Of a stretch of 64,000 nucleotides of DNA, positions 51,543-64,000 are shown one piece after another (positions within the stretch are counted from its first letter, which is position 1; the number at the start of each line of letters is the position of its first letter). A program made the translations under genes and the position numbers. The DNA comes from the human T2T-CHM13v2.0 reference genome, Homo sapiens. The stretch is taken from NCBI RefSeq assembly GCF_009914755.1, contig NC_060942.1; one strand, given 5' to 3'. Below the pieces are notes generated by a model. That model had not been told where the DNA came from and searched no databases. It was given only the letters and a program-made list of their open reading frames with translations.

Positions 51543-54500
51543 TAATTAAATATGTATTTGTTTGAGTTTTACCTTGTGTAGAATGTTGTACTTTGTCTGA
51601 AATTACGCATTTATCCATTTATTCATTTAGCAGATATTTATTGTATGTTAATGTATGCCAGGAACAGTTCTTGGCACTGGAAATGTTAAATCAGCATAGC
51701 AAATGAAGTTTCTGTTCCACCTGTGACCTAGGTGCCAATGAGGAAGTCAGACAGTACACAAGCAACAGATGCATACATAATGTAATTTTGGAGAGAAGAG
51801 AAGAAATAAATTAGCTCCTTTTACTAATGTCTGATATTGTGTGACAGCAGCTGGGAAATCAGATAATGTGGTATAATGATAGCATGATCTTTTATAGAGG
51901 GCCAAGTATAGGGTCTTTTACAGTCATCTTATGCAGTTCTCATAATAGCTTTGCAAAGTGCGTATTATCAATGCCATTTATTCAGATGGAAAATCTGAGG
52001 CCCAAAGAGAATCTGTGAATTTCAGAAGGGCTCAAAGCTAGTAAATGGCAAAGTTTTTTCAACCAGACCCTTGCCTTCTGACCATAAGTTGCGTGGTTTC
52101 TCTCTGCATTGCTGCTTGGTATTTACTGAATTAATCATCCATGAATTCTTTCCTTTCTACATTTCAGGTTAAAAAAATCTTTCGGGAATAGGAAAACTTT
52201 TTGCAATCACAACAGTTATGGTTTTTGCTTTTGACTTTTGAATAAAGCTCCACATTTGTTAAGTGGAGAAAAGAAGGAAGGAAAAACTGTAAAAATTGTC
52301 CTCACACACTGCTTGGGTTTCTATTAATCTCAGCCTTCTTGAGGCTGATTACACTTTGCAGTCTTCCTTAGGAAATGGATGGAAGTTTGAGCTGAGACAC
52401 AAACAGGAAGGCTCCAGGCAGCATTTGTCCCACAGGCACCACCTCCTTAAATAGCTTCTGTGCAGTGGAATTAGTTCTTCACTTAGAGAAGAAACTCCAT
52501 TGCCCTTTGTTTCTGGCCCTGTGCGGCTGGAGGCGGCCAGCACTGTCCTGTCCTGGTTGAAGCAACTTTAATGTGTGTGGGGTGCTGAATGTGGGCTGGG
52601 GATGGCTTCCCTGCCTTTGGGCCATGGGGAGACACACTTGCAGAGGGGTTTTGTGGGTCTTCCTCAAGAATATCATCCCTGAAATTTTTAACCTGCTAAA
52701 AGGTAAGGTTCTAAGCACTTCTTAATAACTTCGGCCACAGACTTCTTTCTGCAGACTGGTTCTTTCTTTTATGTAAAAGAGAAAGGAAGGCGCAGATAGC
52801 TGTGATAGCTTTTTTAAAATCTATTTTTAGGGGCTTATAGTTTTATTATTAGTTTATAGATGCATCATATTGATAGTAAATTGCCATTTTTTAACCTCTC
52901 ACAGCAGATTTTTGTCATGGTATGGATATGGATTTTTAAACCTCAAATATACAAGTTAAGTCCTATTAGTAATTTGAGAGGACTAGTTAAAATGTGTTCT
53001 TAATAGATGGTTAAAAATGAATTGCTTAGAAGTCTTTTGATTCCTATTTCTGTTTGTGTGCTGGAGCCTTTAAACTAACCCAATCTTTCCAGTTAATTAC
53101 CTAATTTTAGAAAAATCTACTGAGGTAGATAGAGTTCATTAGCCAAGCAAGCTCTTCTATTCTTTAATGGAATTAATGCACATCTGTGGGCAGGCTTACC
53201 AAGCCTTTCCTCCTGCTGTCAGCGCTGGGACAGAGGGCACCCACCAGAAGTGGCTGTGTGTTGCCCTGGTCCTACACCTATGGTGGGGACCATAGGTGGG
53301 GAAGGAGTTCTACAGGAAAGAGGTTTGCTGGGGGATTTGTGTGACCTGCATCTGTCCATTTCTTCTGATCTTTCCGTGGCCTCTGTCTACCCCTCCCTTA
53401 AGCACCTTCTTAGAAATTAATTAGCACCTGTGTTAGTGTAGTCTCAAAGCCAAGGACCTAATTAGTCTGATCAATAGCACGCAGAGGCTCTTCTTCGGGA
53501 AACACAAATGTGTGCTCTTCCCAGAAAGGCTTCCATAATATCGATTAACCTCTTTTCATGTTTAATTTGTAAAGCATTGTCATACATACAGCTACCTTGT
53601 CAATGACTCTTTGTTTGTCTTCTATTTCATTTTTGTTCTTGTTCTTGTCCTTTGTGATGGGTTTGGTTGGAGAGGAGGAGCGTTAAGAGAGGTGGTCTTG
53701 CTGTTTATTTGAATTTCCTTTTTAAAATTAGATTGCAATCATCTGCATCAGAGCATTATGGATTCCTTTTCCTTGAGCAGTGTCATCTGTGTATTTACAA
53801 AGTGTGTTTATCGTTTCCTTATTGTTCTTAAGTGTTTTTACTAGAGCATTTTGTAATCAAAAAGTCAAGTCTTCTTTGACTCTATTGAACTTGCTTTTTA
53901 GATTGGTTTAGAGTGTGTTAAGGAAGCCTTCGATGAAATATTGCTTGTTTTCATAGTGTGTGGTGGAAGGGGTGAGAGTTTTTTGTTTGTTTGTTTTTAG
54001 TTTTACCTCCGATTTCAGGTGGTGTAAGCAAAACCGAGGGCAATGATAGGCCACGTGATGCTTCGGATGTGACATTCGCTGGATGTGTTCATTTGTGAAA
54101 GTAATAAAATTTTACACATGCTTTGGTGATGATTACTAAATAGGGAGACTTTCCTTAACTTTAAATCTCCTAAGTAATACTGAATTTGCATTATATTTAG
54201 AAATTGTTTCACATTCTATGGTTTCTTTTTGATAGCTCCCATGTATAATTACTGCTCCCCTCCCATGCTCACTTTGTACGTGTTGCCTGTCTTTTACAGA
54301 CAAATTTTATGAGGCCCTTGTTAAACTCTGAGCCAAGGGATTAGTTGAAGATCAGCTGCACTAATTAAAGACAAGTTTAACAAGGTAGGGCTCATGTTTA
54401 GATTTGAAAATACAAACAAAGGACTTCATTTTTATGATCTTAAAGCCAAAGTGGGGAAAAAACATTGGGAAAATGAACAACACTTAGCCTACCCAAGCAA

Positions 54501-54977
54501 GTAGAAACTTTTACAGATAAAGGAACCCTGAAGACAATGGACACAGTAATACAAGGTTCTAAAGACGAGTTTCTGGCTGAAATTTTAGGAAAAAAATAAC
54601 AATATAGCCCCTGAGATGAGCTAAAATAGCCCCTGAGATGAGCTAAAAGGAAATCAATGCCTTTCTATGATAAGTGGAATGACAAAGTAGAGTGAAGTAA
54701 GGATTTACTGGAAGGCCTCCTCCTGACTCCAGATGAGCCGAGTGCAGGAATGTGTTTTAATGCCTGTTTCAAACCCCAGCGGTGGTGTTTTGAATCAGTG
54801 CTGCTGACGTAAACACAGACTGAATGTGGATATTTTCCAAAAGTAGAGAATGAAAACAGTTCAGTCAAGATGTACAGTATTAATACAGTAAAGGCTTGCT
54901 GCAGCAGCTGGCCACCGGCTTGAGTATCACAGCCATTCAAGTCTCCCTGAAGGTGCGGTGCTGCTGGCGGTAAGACT

Positions 54978-55064
54978 GCTGGTCTCGAGCTCAAGTGATC
55001 TGCCTGCCTCTGCCTTGGCCTCCCAGAGTGCTGGGATTATAGGCATGAGCCACCATGCCTGGCC
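54978..55064 (-). mobile_element. Alu left-arm/FLAM fragment
   Basis: gctggtctcgagctcaagtgatctgcctgcc...gggattataggcatgagccaccatgcctggcc with no right arm or tail. Confidence 0.85.
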
Positions 55065-55908
55065 CAAAGTGTTTCTTTGACAATTTGCTGTATATGAAGT
55101 AGTGGATGTAAGTACACCTGATGAGGAGGAGGATTATAATAGGTAACACATCTTAGTTATGATGGTGACCTTTTTGAGACAAGGAGAAACGGGGTGTCAG
55201 AGTGGTACATAGGTTATTCTTTCAGTCAGTGGTAGGTCGGAGATTCAATCCACATTGGTTCAGCTGCAAAGCCCTCTTTCTTAACCGCTATAATATCTTG
55301 TTCCCCTTGACTCCTATTCAGCAGCCCAACTTAAAGGATCCATGATTAGCTCATTATGGATGAATGTTAGCATATACGATTGGAGGGGGGATAGCGGTGA
55401 GTTTGAAAAGGTAAGCTGAGGCAGGTTATGAAGAAATTTTTATACAACCTAACAAGTTTGGAACATCCTCCCAACAATTGGGGAACTTTTATCAAATGAT
55501 TGTTAATAAGAGAATGACATATAAAATTTTTGTTTTGTCAACATGACTCTTGCAAGGGTATGTAAAGAATATTAAAATGGGAGGAGTTGGGAAACCAGTT
55601 AGGCGGTGCAATAACCTAGATATATTATAAACTTGAACACTGGGTGTACAGCAAAATAGAAAAAGATGTATTTGAGAGATATGTTTAAGGGAGACTCACC
55701 TGGATTTGTGAATCTATCTAATATAGAGGGAGTAGTAAAAAATGACAAGTATGTAATGATGCCATTACTGAGACTGGGAAAAAGGATTACAGTTAGGAGG
55801 GGGGTGAGCTTTGGACAAGATGGGTTTCAAGTGAAGGAGAACATGCAGAACACAACTTGACATACTGAAGAGTCAGAGCTCAAGAGCAATTAGCCCAAAG
55901 ATTTGCGA

Positions 55909-56240
55909 GGCTGGGCGTGGTGGCTCACACCTGCAATCCCAGCACTTTGGAGGGCAGAGGTGGGAAGTTCACTTGAGCTCAGGAGTTCAGGATCAGCCTG
56001 GGCAACATAGTGAGACCACATGTCTACGAAAAGTTTTTAAAAATTAGCAGGTCTTGGTGGCATTCGCCTGTAGTTCCAGTTGCTTGGAAAGCTGCGGTGG
56101 GAGAATCACTTGATATCAGGAGGTCAAGGCTGCAGTGATCTATGATTGCACCACTGCATTCCAGCCTGGGCAACAGAGCAAGACCCTGTCTTAATGAATG
56201 AATGAATGAATGAATGAGTGAATGAATGAATGAATGAATA
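55909..56240 (+). mobile_element. AluJ with (AATG)n microsatellite tail, within L2
   Basis: ggctgggcgtggtggctcacacc...cttgagctcaggag...gcaagaccctgtct followed by ~12 AATG units. Confidence 0.92.
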
Positions 56241-56964
56241 AAACAGTTGTGAACCCTCAGCCTGTAAGTGAGAAGAATGGACAAGGTTGTGGGGAGAGGC
56301 TGGGGCTGCTTCAAGTAGAAAGATATTGACAGAGTATGAAGGAAAACACCCAAGAACACCATTGGTTTTGAAGGTCTGACCCTCCTTAGCATTTTTCCGA
56401 TCTGGTGGCTACACTGGGGACTCTGATTGGACATAGGTATTTCCCAAGCCTTCATCAGTATGATTACCAGCCATCCTTTAGGGTGGTTCCCTTAGGCACT
56501 AGCAAAGCCATTAGCTCTTGGTTTTTTCCAATATTCTCAGAAGATTAACTCCAAACTTGGGAAAGTTTTGCCCTTTAGAAATCGACTAAGGATTGGTGTA
56601 GTCTGGAGATGTGTATAACTCATTCATAATCATTTGATTAGCTGTATCAACCTTTCTCTAGGATTTTTTCCATGAAGTTGGCATGTTGCATTTCTAGTTT
56701 TGAAATTAGTGCAGAGATGGATCCACATGAAATGACTGACAACTTCTTAATGAGCTGCAAGTTTCATGTAAAATGTCCTGGAAACTTTACTGGCAGCCTC
56801 CTATATCCTAAAAATGTATGAGTTTCTTCATTCTCTTGTGGTGCCCTCTTTCAGTAACAAGGAGAAGAAATTGGTCATGTTGTCCATTCATAAGCAGCTT
56901 TTTAGCAATGGTCACTGCATCAGAAACAATACTGCAAGTACCTTATGGGAAAATACCCAAGGCA

Positions 56965-57200
56965 CAGGGTAGAGAGTCCTGGCTCTGAGGTCTGACAGCC
57001 TGAGTTGGAATCCTAGCTCTTCCTCTTAATCAGCAATGTGTCTTCAGACCAGTGGCAAACCCTCTTTAATCCTTCATTTCCTTATCTGTAAATAATACCT
57101 GTAGGATTTCTCGTGGAATTGCTGAGGATTTTCAACAGGTGTTTTACTTAATATTGGGCACTAGGGAGTGCTACGTGTGACTAACGAGCATTAGTGCATC
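56965..57200 (+). mobile_element. MIR
   Basis: ggctctgaggtctgacagcctgagttggaatcctagctct...catttccttatctgtaaaat. Confidence 0.7.
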
Positions 57201-58696
57201 TTGATTAGAGTTGATTTTGCTCTTTTATTCTCTTTTAAAGACCTTTTTGAGTGACTGTCTGGAAATGTTTTTATCTGACTTTCCTGAATACCTCAGTGGT
57301 ACTGTGAATAGTAGAAGATCTGATATTAGGGAATATCGGGCTATCACAGCAGTTCATTCTATTGGATTTGGAAGACTATACTTTTTCAGGGTATTCCTCC
57401 CTTCATCTTACAGAATCACCACTTCACATCTGTAAGCAGAGCGCTGGCTAACTCTGTGGCTTAAGCAGAGGTCAGAACATCTGAAGTGATCTGCAGATAT
57501 CCTGGTATGTTCATTTTCTTTGTTCTCCAGACCAGGTCACAAGAATGCTTGCCTGAGTCAGCATTGTAGTAGAAGTGTTTCCTTTAATGTCAATTACATA
57601 GACTCATGCAGAGCCTAGGCCTTTTCATAGGCCATTATACATATCCAACTTTGTTTGGGTCCAGATATTATTGAAGGGTGCACTGTGTACTGCATATGAA
57701 AATAATCCTGCATCATGTTATCTGGAAAATTACCCCAAATTGCAGTATTAAGATAGATATTGAAGCTCTGCAAAGTAAGCAGTGAAATCCTCCTCCATCT
57801 GCTGATTAGGGTTGTGGAATTTACCTGGTAGAGAAAGGAATAATAGGCTGTGCAAAATAGACATTATCAGGAACTGCATACATTTATCACATTTCCTTGG
57901 GCAGAACAAAATTGCAGGAGCCTTTATCATTGCATCTACTTGGTTTTCACAAGCTGAGCATGAACACTGTGTTTATATTAGAGGCTTTCCATTTTGATTT
58001 CATCAGAATTCTACAAAGTTTCAATATATAGTTTCCAAGGTACAGGTATACCCCGATCTCCTTAACAGCCATTGTATGACCACTATCTGCCCCAGTTCTA
58101 GGTTGGAGGTCACATTCAAGTGCTTGCCTGGCCTTATGGACAGCAGAAACATCTGCCTATTTTTGTATAGCATTTTAAACATCTTCCTCATTATCAGAGA
58201 AGCTGTGTTAGGTAATGGTACAAATCCATTTGTCAAGACTCATGCAGGCCTCTGCCAATTCTTTATTGCTTCAAAATTACACTGACCTACGTGCATCTTT
58301 CTAACAGGCTTCTGAAAGAAATTCAACCATCCTGCTACAAAAGTAAATCAAAGATAACTCGAAATGTCACTAACTTTGAACCTGAGAGTCCCTAGCTTAC
58401 ATAAGAATGATCCCTATGAACTAGAACAGTTAAGGGAACTTCATGGGAAATATGAGGCTTGCAGCAAGACGTTGGAAAGGAGAGGAGAGCAGAAGAGGTC
58501 CAGGTGCTTCCAGGCAGGGCTGTTGCTTGTTGGACATGAGCTGGACCTACAAGCCCACCCCAGCTTTCAACTGGAGTTCAGGGAAGCTCAGTGACAAGGC
58601 CAGATGGCTGCCCAGAATCAGCTGGTCATATGCAGAAGCGAGACCACTGAGCTGCTGCTTCTGGATAGAATTGGATCTTAACCAAGCATTCACATA

Positions 58697-59379
<683 letters not shown>

Positions 59380-60884
59380 TTCAATCAGTCTTGTAATGCC
59401 CATGAATTTCACAGTCACAGAATGTAATTTTCTTTATTTCTGGTAATAAAATTTATATTCTAACTCTGAGCCCCCACTTCTGACGGACAGCAGAAAAGCT
59501 CCATCTAGTCACAGCCACAGCCAGTCGACTTGATCCAATTTAGCACTTTCTAAGTTGCTTCTGGTTAAAATTCAGGAATATTCAGAATATTTCCCTTTGA
59601 TTCCCCTCCTTTCCTTCTATTGCTGCTGGAAGCCATTGCATCTGGAGAGGCAGTCGGGACAGTCAGGGGGACCTGTGTTGGTGACTCAGCCTTCCTCTGC
59701 TGTCTGAGCTTTGACCCCAGGGGATTGGACACAGTGCTGCTGGGATGCAAGAGTGGATCTATGGGGTGGCTCCCACCTGGGTCTCTGATATGAGTTGAGC
59801 CTTCGTCCTGTTCCAGTTTCTGGAAGGAACTGTTCACTCTGCAGCCCCTGCCACGGGGATCCTTATCTCCAGCCAGGCACGTCTGTCAGGCTCTGAGAAT
59901 CAATCAGTCTCTGTCTGCTTCCTTTTCTCTCTCAGCTAAAGTGGGCACCCCTCAGGCTGTGCAGGGAACTCCTGACCCCATCACTCCCCAGCGGGAGCGG
60001 GAGCTGCTGTCTCTGCCCATTCTTCTTGCCCTGGTGACATGGGATGTGTCTCTGAGGCTGCTTCCTTAATCACAAAAGAAGGGAAGCAGGAAGCAAGTGT
60101 CTTCCTAGATCCTCCCAAACTTCGTGGAGAAGCCTGTGAGGGCCCCAGCTCCCACCTGACACACTGTGGCATTGTTCTGGGGGTGGGACACCAAACACAT
60201 GGCCTCTAATTGCTCATAATGATTTTTTCCTCTGCAAATTCTTTCCTTCTCCCTAGTTTGGATGGGGTGGTAAAAAAAACTTGTTTTGCCAGTTGATATC
60301 TCTTTTCAAAACTATTTTTGTCTCTCTTTTGAACTAGAGCCAAGATTCTGGAATCTGTTTGCTGTTTTTATTTTTCTTCCTGACAATTCTCCCTGGGGCA
60401 AGTGGTAAACTGGCCAGCCCATATCTCTTGGAATATGGGTTTAGGGATGGGGACAGGGCAGTGGAGAGAGGGGCACATCAGTCAACAAGCTATCATATTA
60501 TCCTGGCAGAGAGCACCCAGATCTGATTCATCAGTCAAGGCCCAAGCCAATTTCTCACTTCCTGGAGATTCCAACTGGTTTTTTTTTTAGCTGCCTCCCC
60601 AGCCTTGGGAAGGTCTGCTGTGCTTAGCCACTGCAACTGATGAGGAGCAGAGCATGTCCTTGGTTTAGGGAGTGGGGGGTTGAGGGGGTGAGATAACCTT
60701 GTTTTCTAGGGTGAATGGGTAGAAGAGTGTTCACTGTTTTTTAGCACGTTGAAAATCCAAATATGAGGTTATTCTTTCCATCTTTTAATGTTATTCCTAA
60801 CAGCCTCGATTAGAGTATTAATGAGGAATCCCTTGAAATATACATATATGTCACTATCTGTTATATATAATGTCAAGACATTAA

Positions 60885-61228
<344 letters not shown>

Positions 61229-61680
61229 TAATTATATATCATATTTTATATACAATTATATAATTGTATATAATGTGTGCCCATATGTATTTCTCTAACA
61301 AACTTCTGATTGGATCTTTTTAGGAGCTGGCTATTTGGTCTTGGTGCTTACTCTTTCTTATTTTCTTTGGGTCTACTTTCTTTCCCAAATCTTGGAAATC
61401 CATCAGTAACATTGTATCTGAATTCTAAAAAGGAGCAGGAGGGTTTTGGGCCATGTGCTCCTGAGACCAAAGTGAAAGCTGGTCTTCCCTTAACTGCCAC
61501 AGCCAGCTCCAACCTGCTAGTCCTGTTTCTCCAAGAGAACCTGTTGAGGCCACTGTGTTCTTCACTTTCTGAGCTGGGCTTTTGATGGCTTCCCAGCACT
61601 TTGCCTCAGGCATTCATCTTGTTTTTCTTTTATCTTTAATGCTCCCCCTGCTTACCCACTTGGGGTTCTTTTCTTCCTGA

Positions 61681-62115
<435 letters not shown>

Positions 62116-62129
62116 TAATCAGAAGTTCA

Positions 62130-62587
62130 CTCTTACTCTCCTACACTTTGAGACGCTCTGCGGGGAGCTCATCCACAAGCCCCCCTTGCCCTCTAGTTCC
62201 CAGTTGGGTTTGGCCAATGGGAGGCACAAGAAGCAATCAGGGACTGGGAAGAAAGTGAGACTGGGATGTTTATTCCCCTTTCCCATCCCTCGGAAAACTG
62301 CGTTCCTCTATTCTGTACCCAAGACCACAGCTCTTTTCATGACCCTGGCCTACTGCTCCTGTTCCAGCTTTAAAGTTCTCTGGTTCTGGTAACCACTCCC
62401 TCCCTTTGGGCTTCCCGTCTAGGGCTGGTGATGCCTCATCCTCCTGGTTGCTGTTAAGTTCCTTAATTTTTTCTTCCCCTCATGCTGCTCACATTTTGCA
62501 AATAGCCAGGCAGACTCTTATTAAAACCTCCTCAGTTACTTCTTTGAGTTTACTATCTACTTTCTCCCGGGAGCCCAGTGAAATCCA
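62130..62587 (+). mobile_element. ERVL solo LTR, LTR33-like
   Basis: cccttgccctctagttcccagttgggtttggccaatgggaggcac...ctggtaaccactccctccc...tttgcaaatag...ttattaaa. Confidence 0.65.
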
Positions 62588-62669
62588 TGCAGTTGGAGAT
62601 CCCGGGAGCCCAGTCAAATCCATGCAGTTGGAGATCCCTTCAGCATAGGTCTCTGGGCTGGCTTGCTCC

Positions 62670-62831
62670 TGGAGGTGTGTCTAAACTGTAGCCCAGCGGT
62701 ATTTGTAACCCCTGGGAGCTTTGTTAGAAATGCAGAATGTTAGATTCTGCCCCAGACTTCTTGAATCAGAGTCTGCATTTTAACCAGACTCCCAAGTGAT
62801 TTATATCCACCTAGAGATTAAGAAGCACTGC
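62670..62831. mobile_element. MER5A (hAT-Charlie)
   Basis: cctgggagctttgttagaaatgcagaat...ccccagacttcttgaatcagagtctgcattttaac...gaagcactg. Confidence 0.8.
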
Positions 62832-64000
62832 TTTAGGGAGCAAGTAGCCAGGAGCCTGGTTGGGTTTACGCGTTCTGAATGTAATCGCTTTCATTTCTGG
62901 GGAAAGCCCACAACTTTTCTTGCTTCTCCTGCCCTGTCTCCAACCACCTTCCTACCCTCCACTACAGAGCAAAGCTCACACTCCTCTTACCTCTTTCCTT
63001 ATTTATTCCACAAAGTGTTACTGATTCCATTCTAAACTCCAGGCAAGGGGGCAGATGTTAGGGATACAAAGAATAAGGAAACATGTTACTGCCCTCTATT
63101 CAATTTAGTGAAGGGATGAAGACATGATCATAGTCAATTTCAGCGCAGTAGGAGGTACATAACAGAGATGGGAACAAAATGATGTGGAAACAAAGGCCAA
63201 AGTTATCCAAAGTTACTTTGCTTGATGAACTTAAAGTCCCTCTGTAAAATCCTTTGAAATGTGTTGTGTTTTCTAATTTTAGTCACGTGAAAATATTGAG
63301 TAAAGATATCTGATTATAATCCCCTGTCCTCAAGCTTTGTTCGAATGTTACATTTGACAAATAGCAGTATCTCTCCCAAGAACAGCTAGCAGTCCATGGA
63401 GTCAGAGCTGTTTGTACTGAGGCAGCTCCTGAGCAGCAAATGCCTGTGGACAACCAGGGTCTGAGGAAATTGAGGAGCTGATTTTTTTTTTCCAAAAGGA
63501 AATTCGTGGAGAAAACACCAAAAGATTCCCTCATAAGCTGTCTTTGGAATTAATTTCAGTGCTTGTTAAAACACCTAAATCCCTCTTTCAGAAGGATTCT
63601 CCAATAACTTCGTAATTAGGTTCTCTTCTTTTATCATCTGTAAGGAATACTCCCCATTTGAGTCCCTGCATAGTTCACATAAATGAAATAACACAGATTC
63701 CAGATTACCTCAGCAAGAGTAGTAGAACACTTTTTCATATCATTATAACTTTTAAAAAAGAAACAGTGGCTTAGGGCTTTGAATATTGATTTAACTGTTC
63801 ATTCATTCAAGAGGACCAGGTGTGTCACTCAAAATTTAACTCTTTCCTCACTCCTTCCTGGCACTATAACTCAGTGGTAAAGATAGCTCCATCACTCTGG
63901 GTTCCTTCTTTCCACCTCCAATGCATCTTTCTACCTCCAACAAGTCCTTCTTTGGCCCAGGGGTCCCTTAGATCAGCACAGTTGCTTCCTCCTCTTTGCT

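Noticed and set aside
62184-62200. CTCF-like motif ttgccctctagttc
   Set aside because: Imperfect match inside an LTR33-like repeat; not supportable without ChIP data.

Overview
Human (or great-ape) genomic DNA containing the CpG-island promoter and first coding exon of ARHGAP28 (Rho GTPase-activating protein 28). The CDS runs 8307-8428 on +, encodes MEVEDSGGVVLTAYHSYARAQPPNAESRCAPRAAASHPLSR (recognised from memory of the human protein) and ends at a phase-2 donor, CAG|GTACCC. About 8 kb of upstream flank precedes it and about 55 kb of intron 1 follows; I see no downstream ARHGAP28 coding exon in the window. The remainder is typical mammalian non-coding DNA: 16 Alu copies or fragments, solo LTRs (MER39, LTR33 x2, MST, MLT2A, MLT1B, LTR16), an old ~4 kb L1M, smaller L1 pieces, DNA-transposon fossils (MER58A, MER81, MER44, MER47A, MER2, MER5A), many MIR/L2 fragments and microsatellites. 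Nearly all ORFs in the supplied track are spurious. I found no evidence of a new multi-gene system. The best leads are regulatory: a 3-codon uORF ending 2 nt before the ARHGAP28 start, a TEAD/STAT/AP-1 motif cluster in intron 1, a T41 expansion in an antisense Alu that predicts a poison exon, a candidate alternative exon, and several local duplication or snap-back scars. Repeat names come from recalled consensus sequences, and boundaries of old repeats are approximate.
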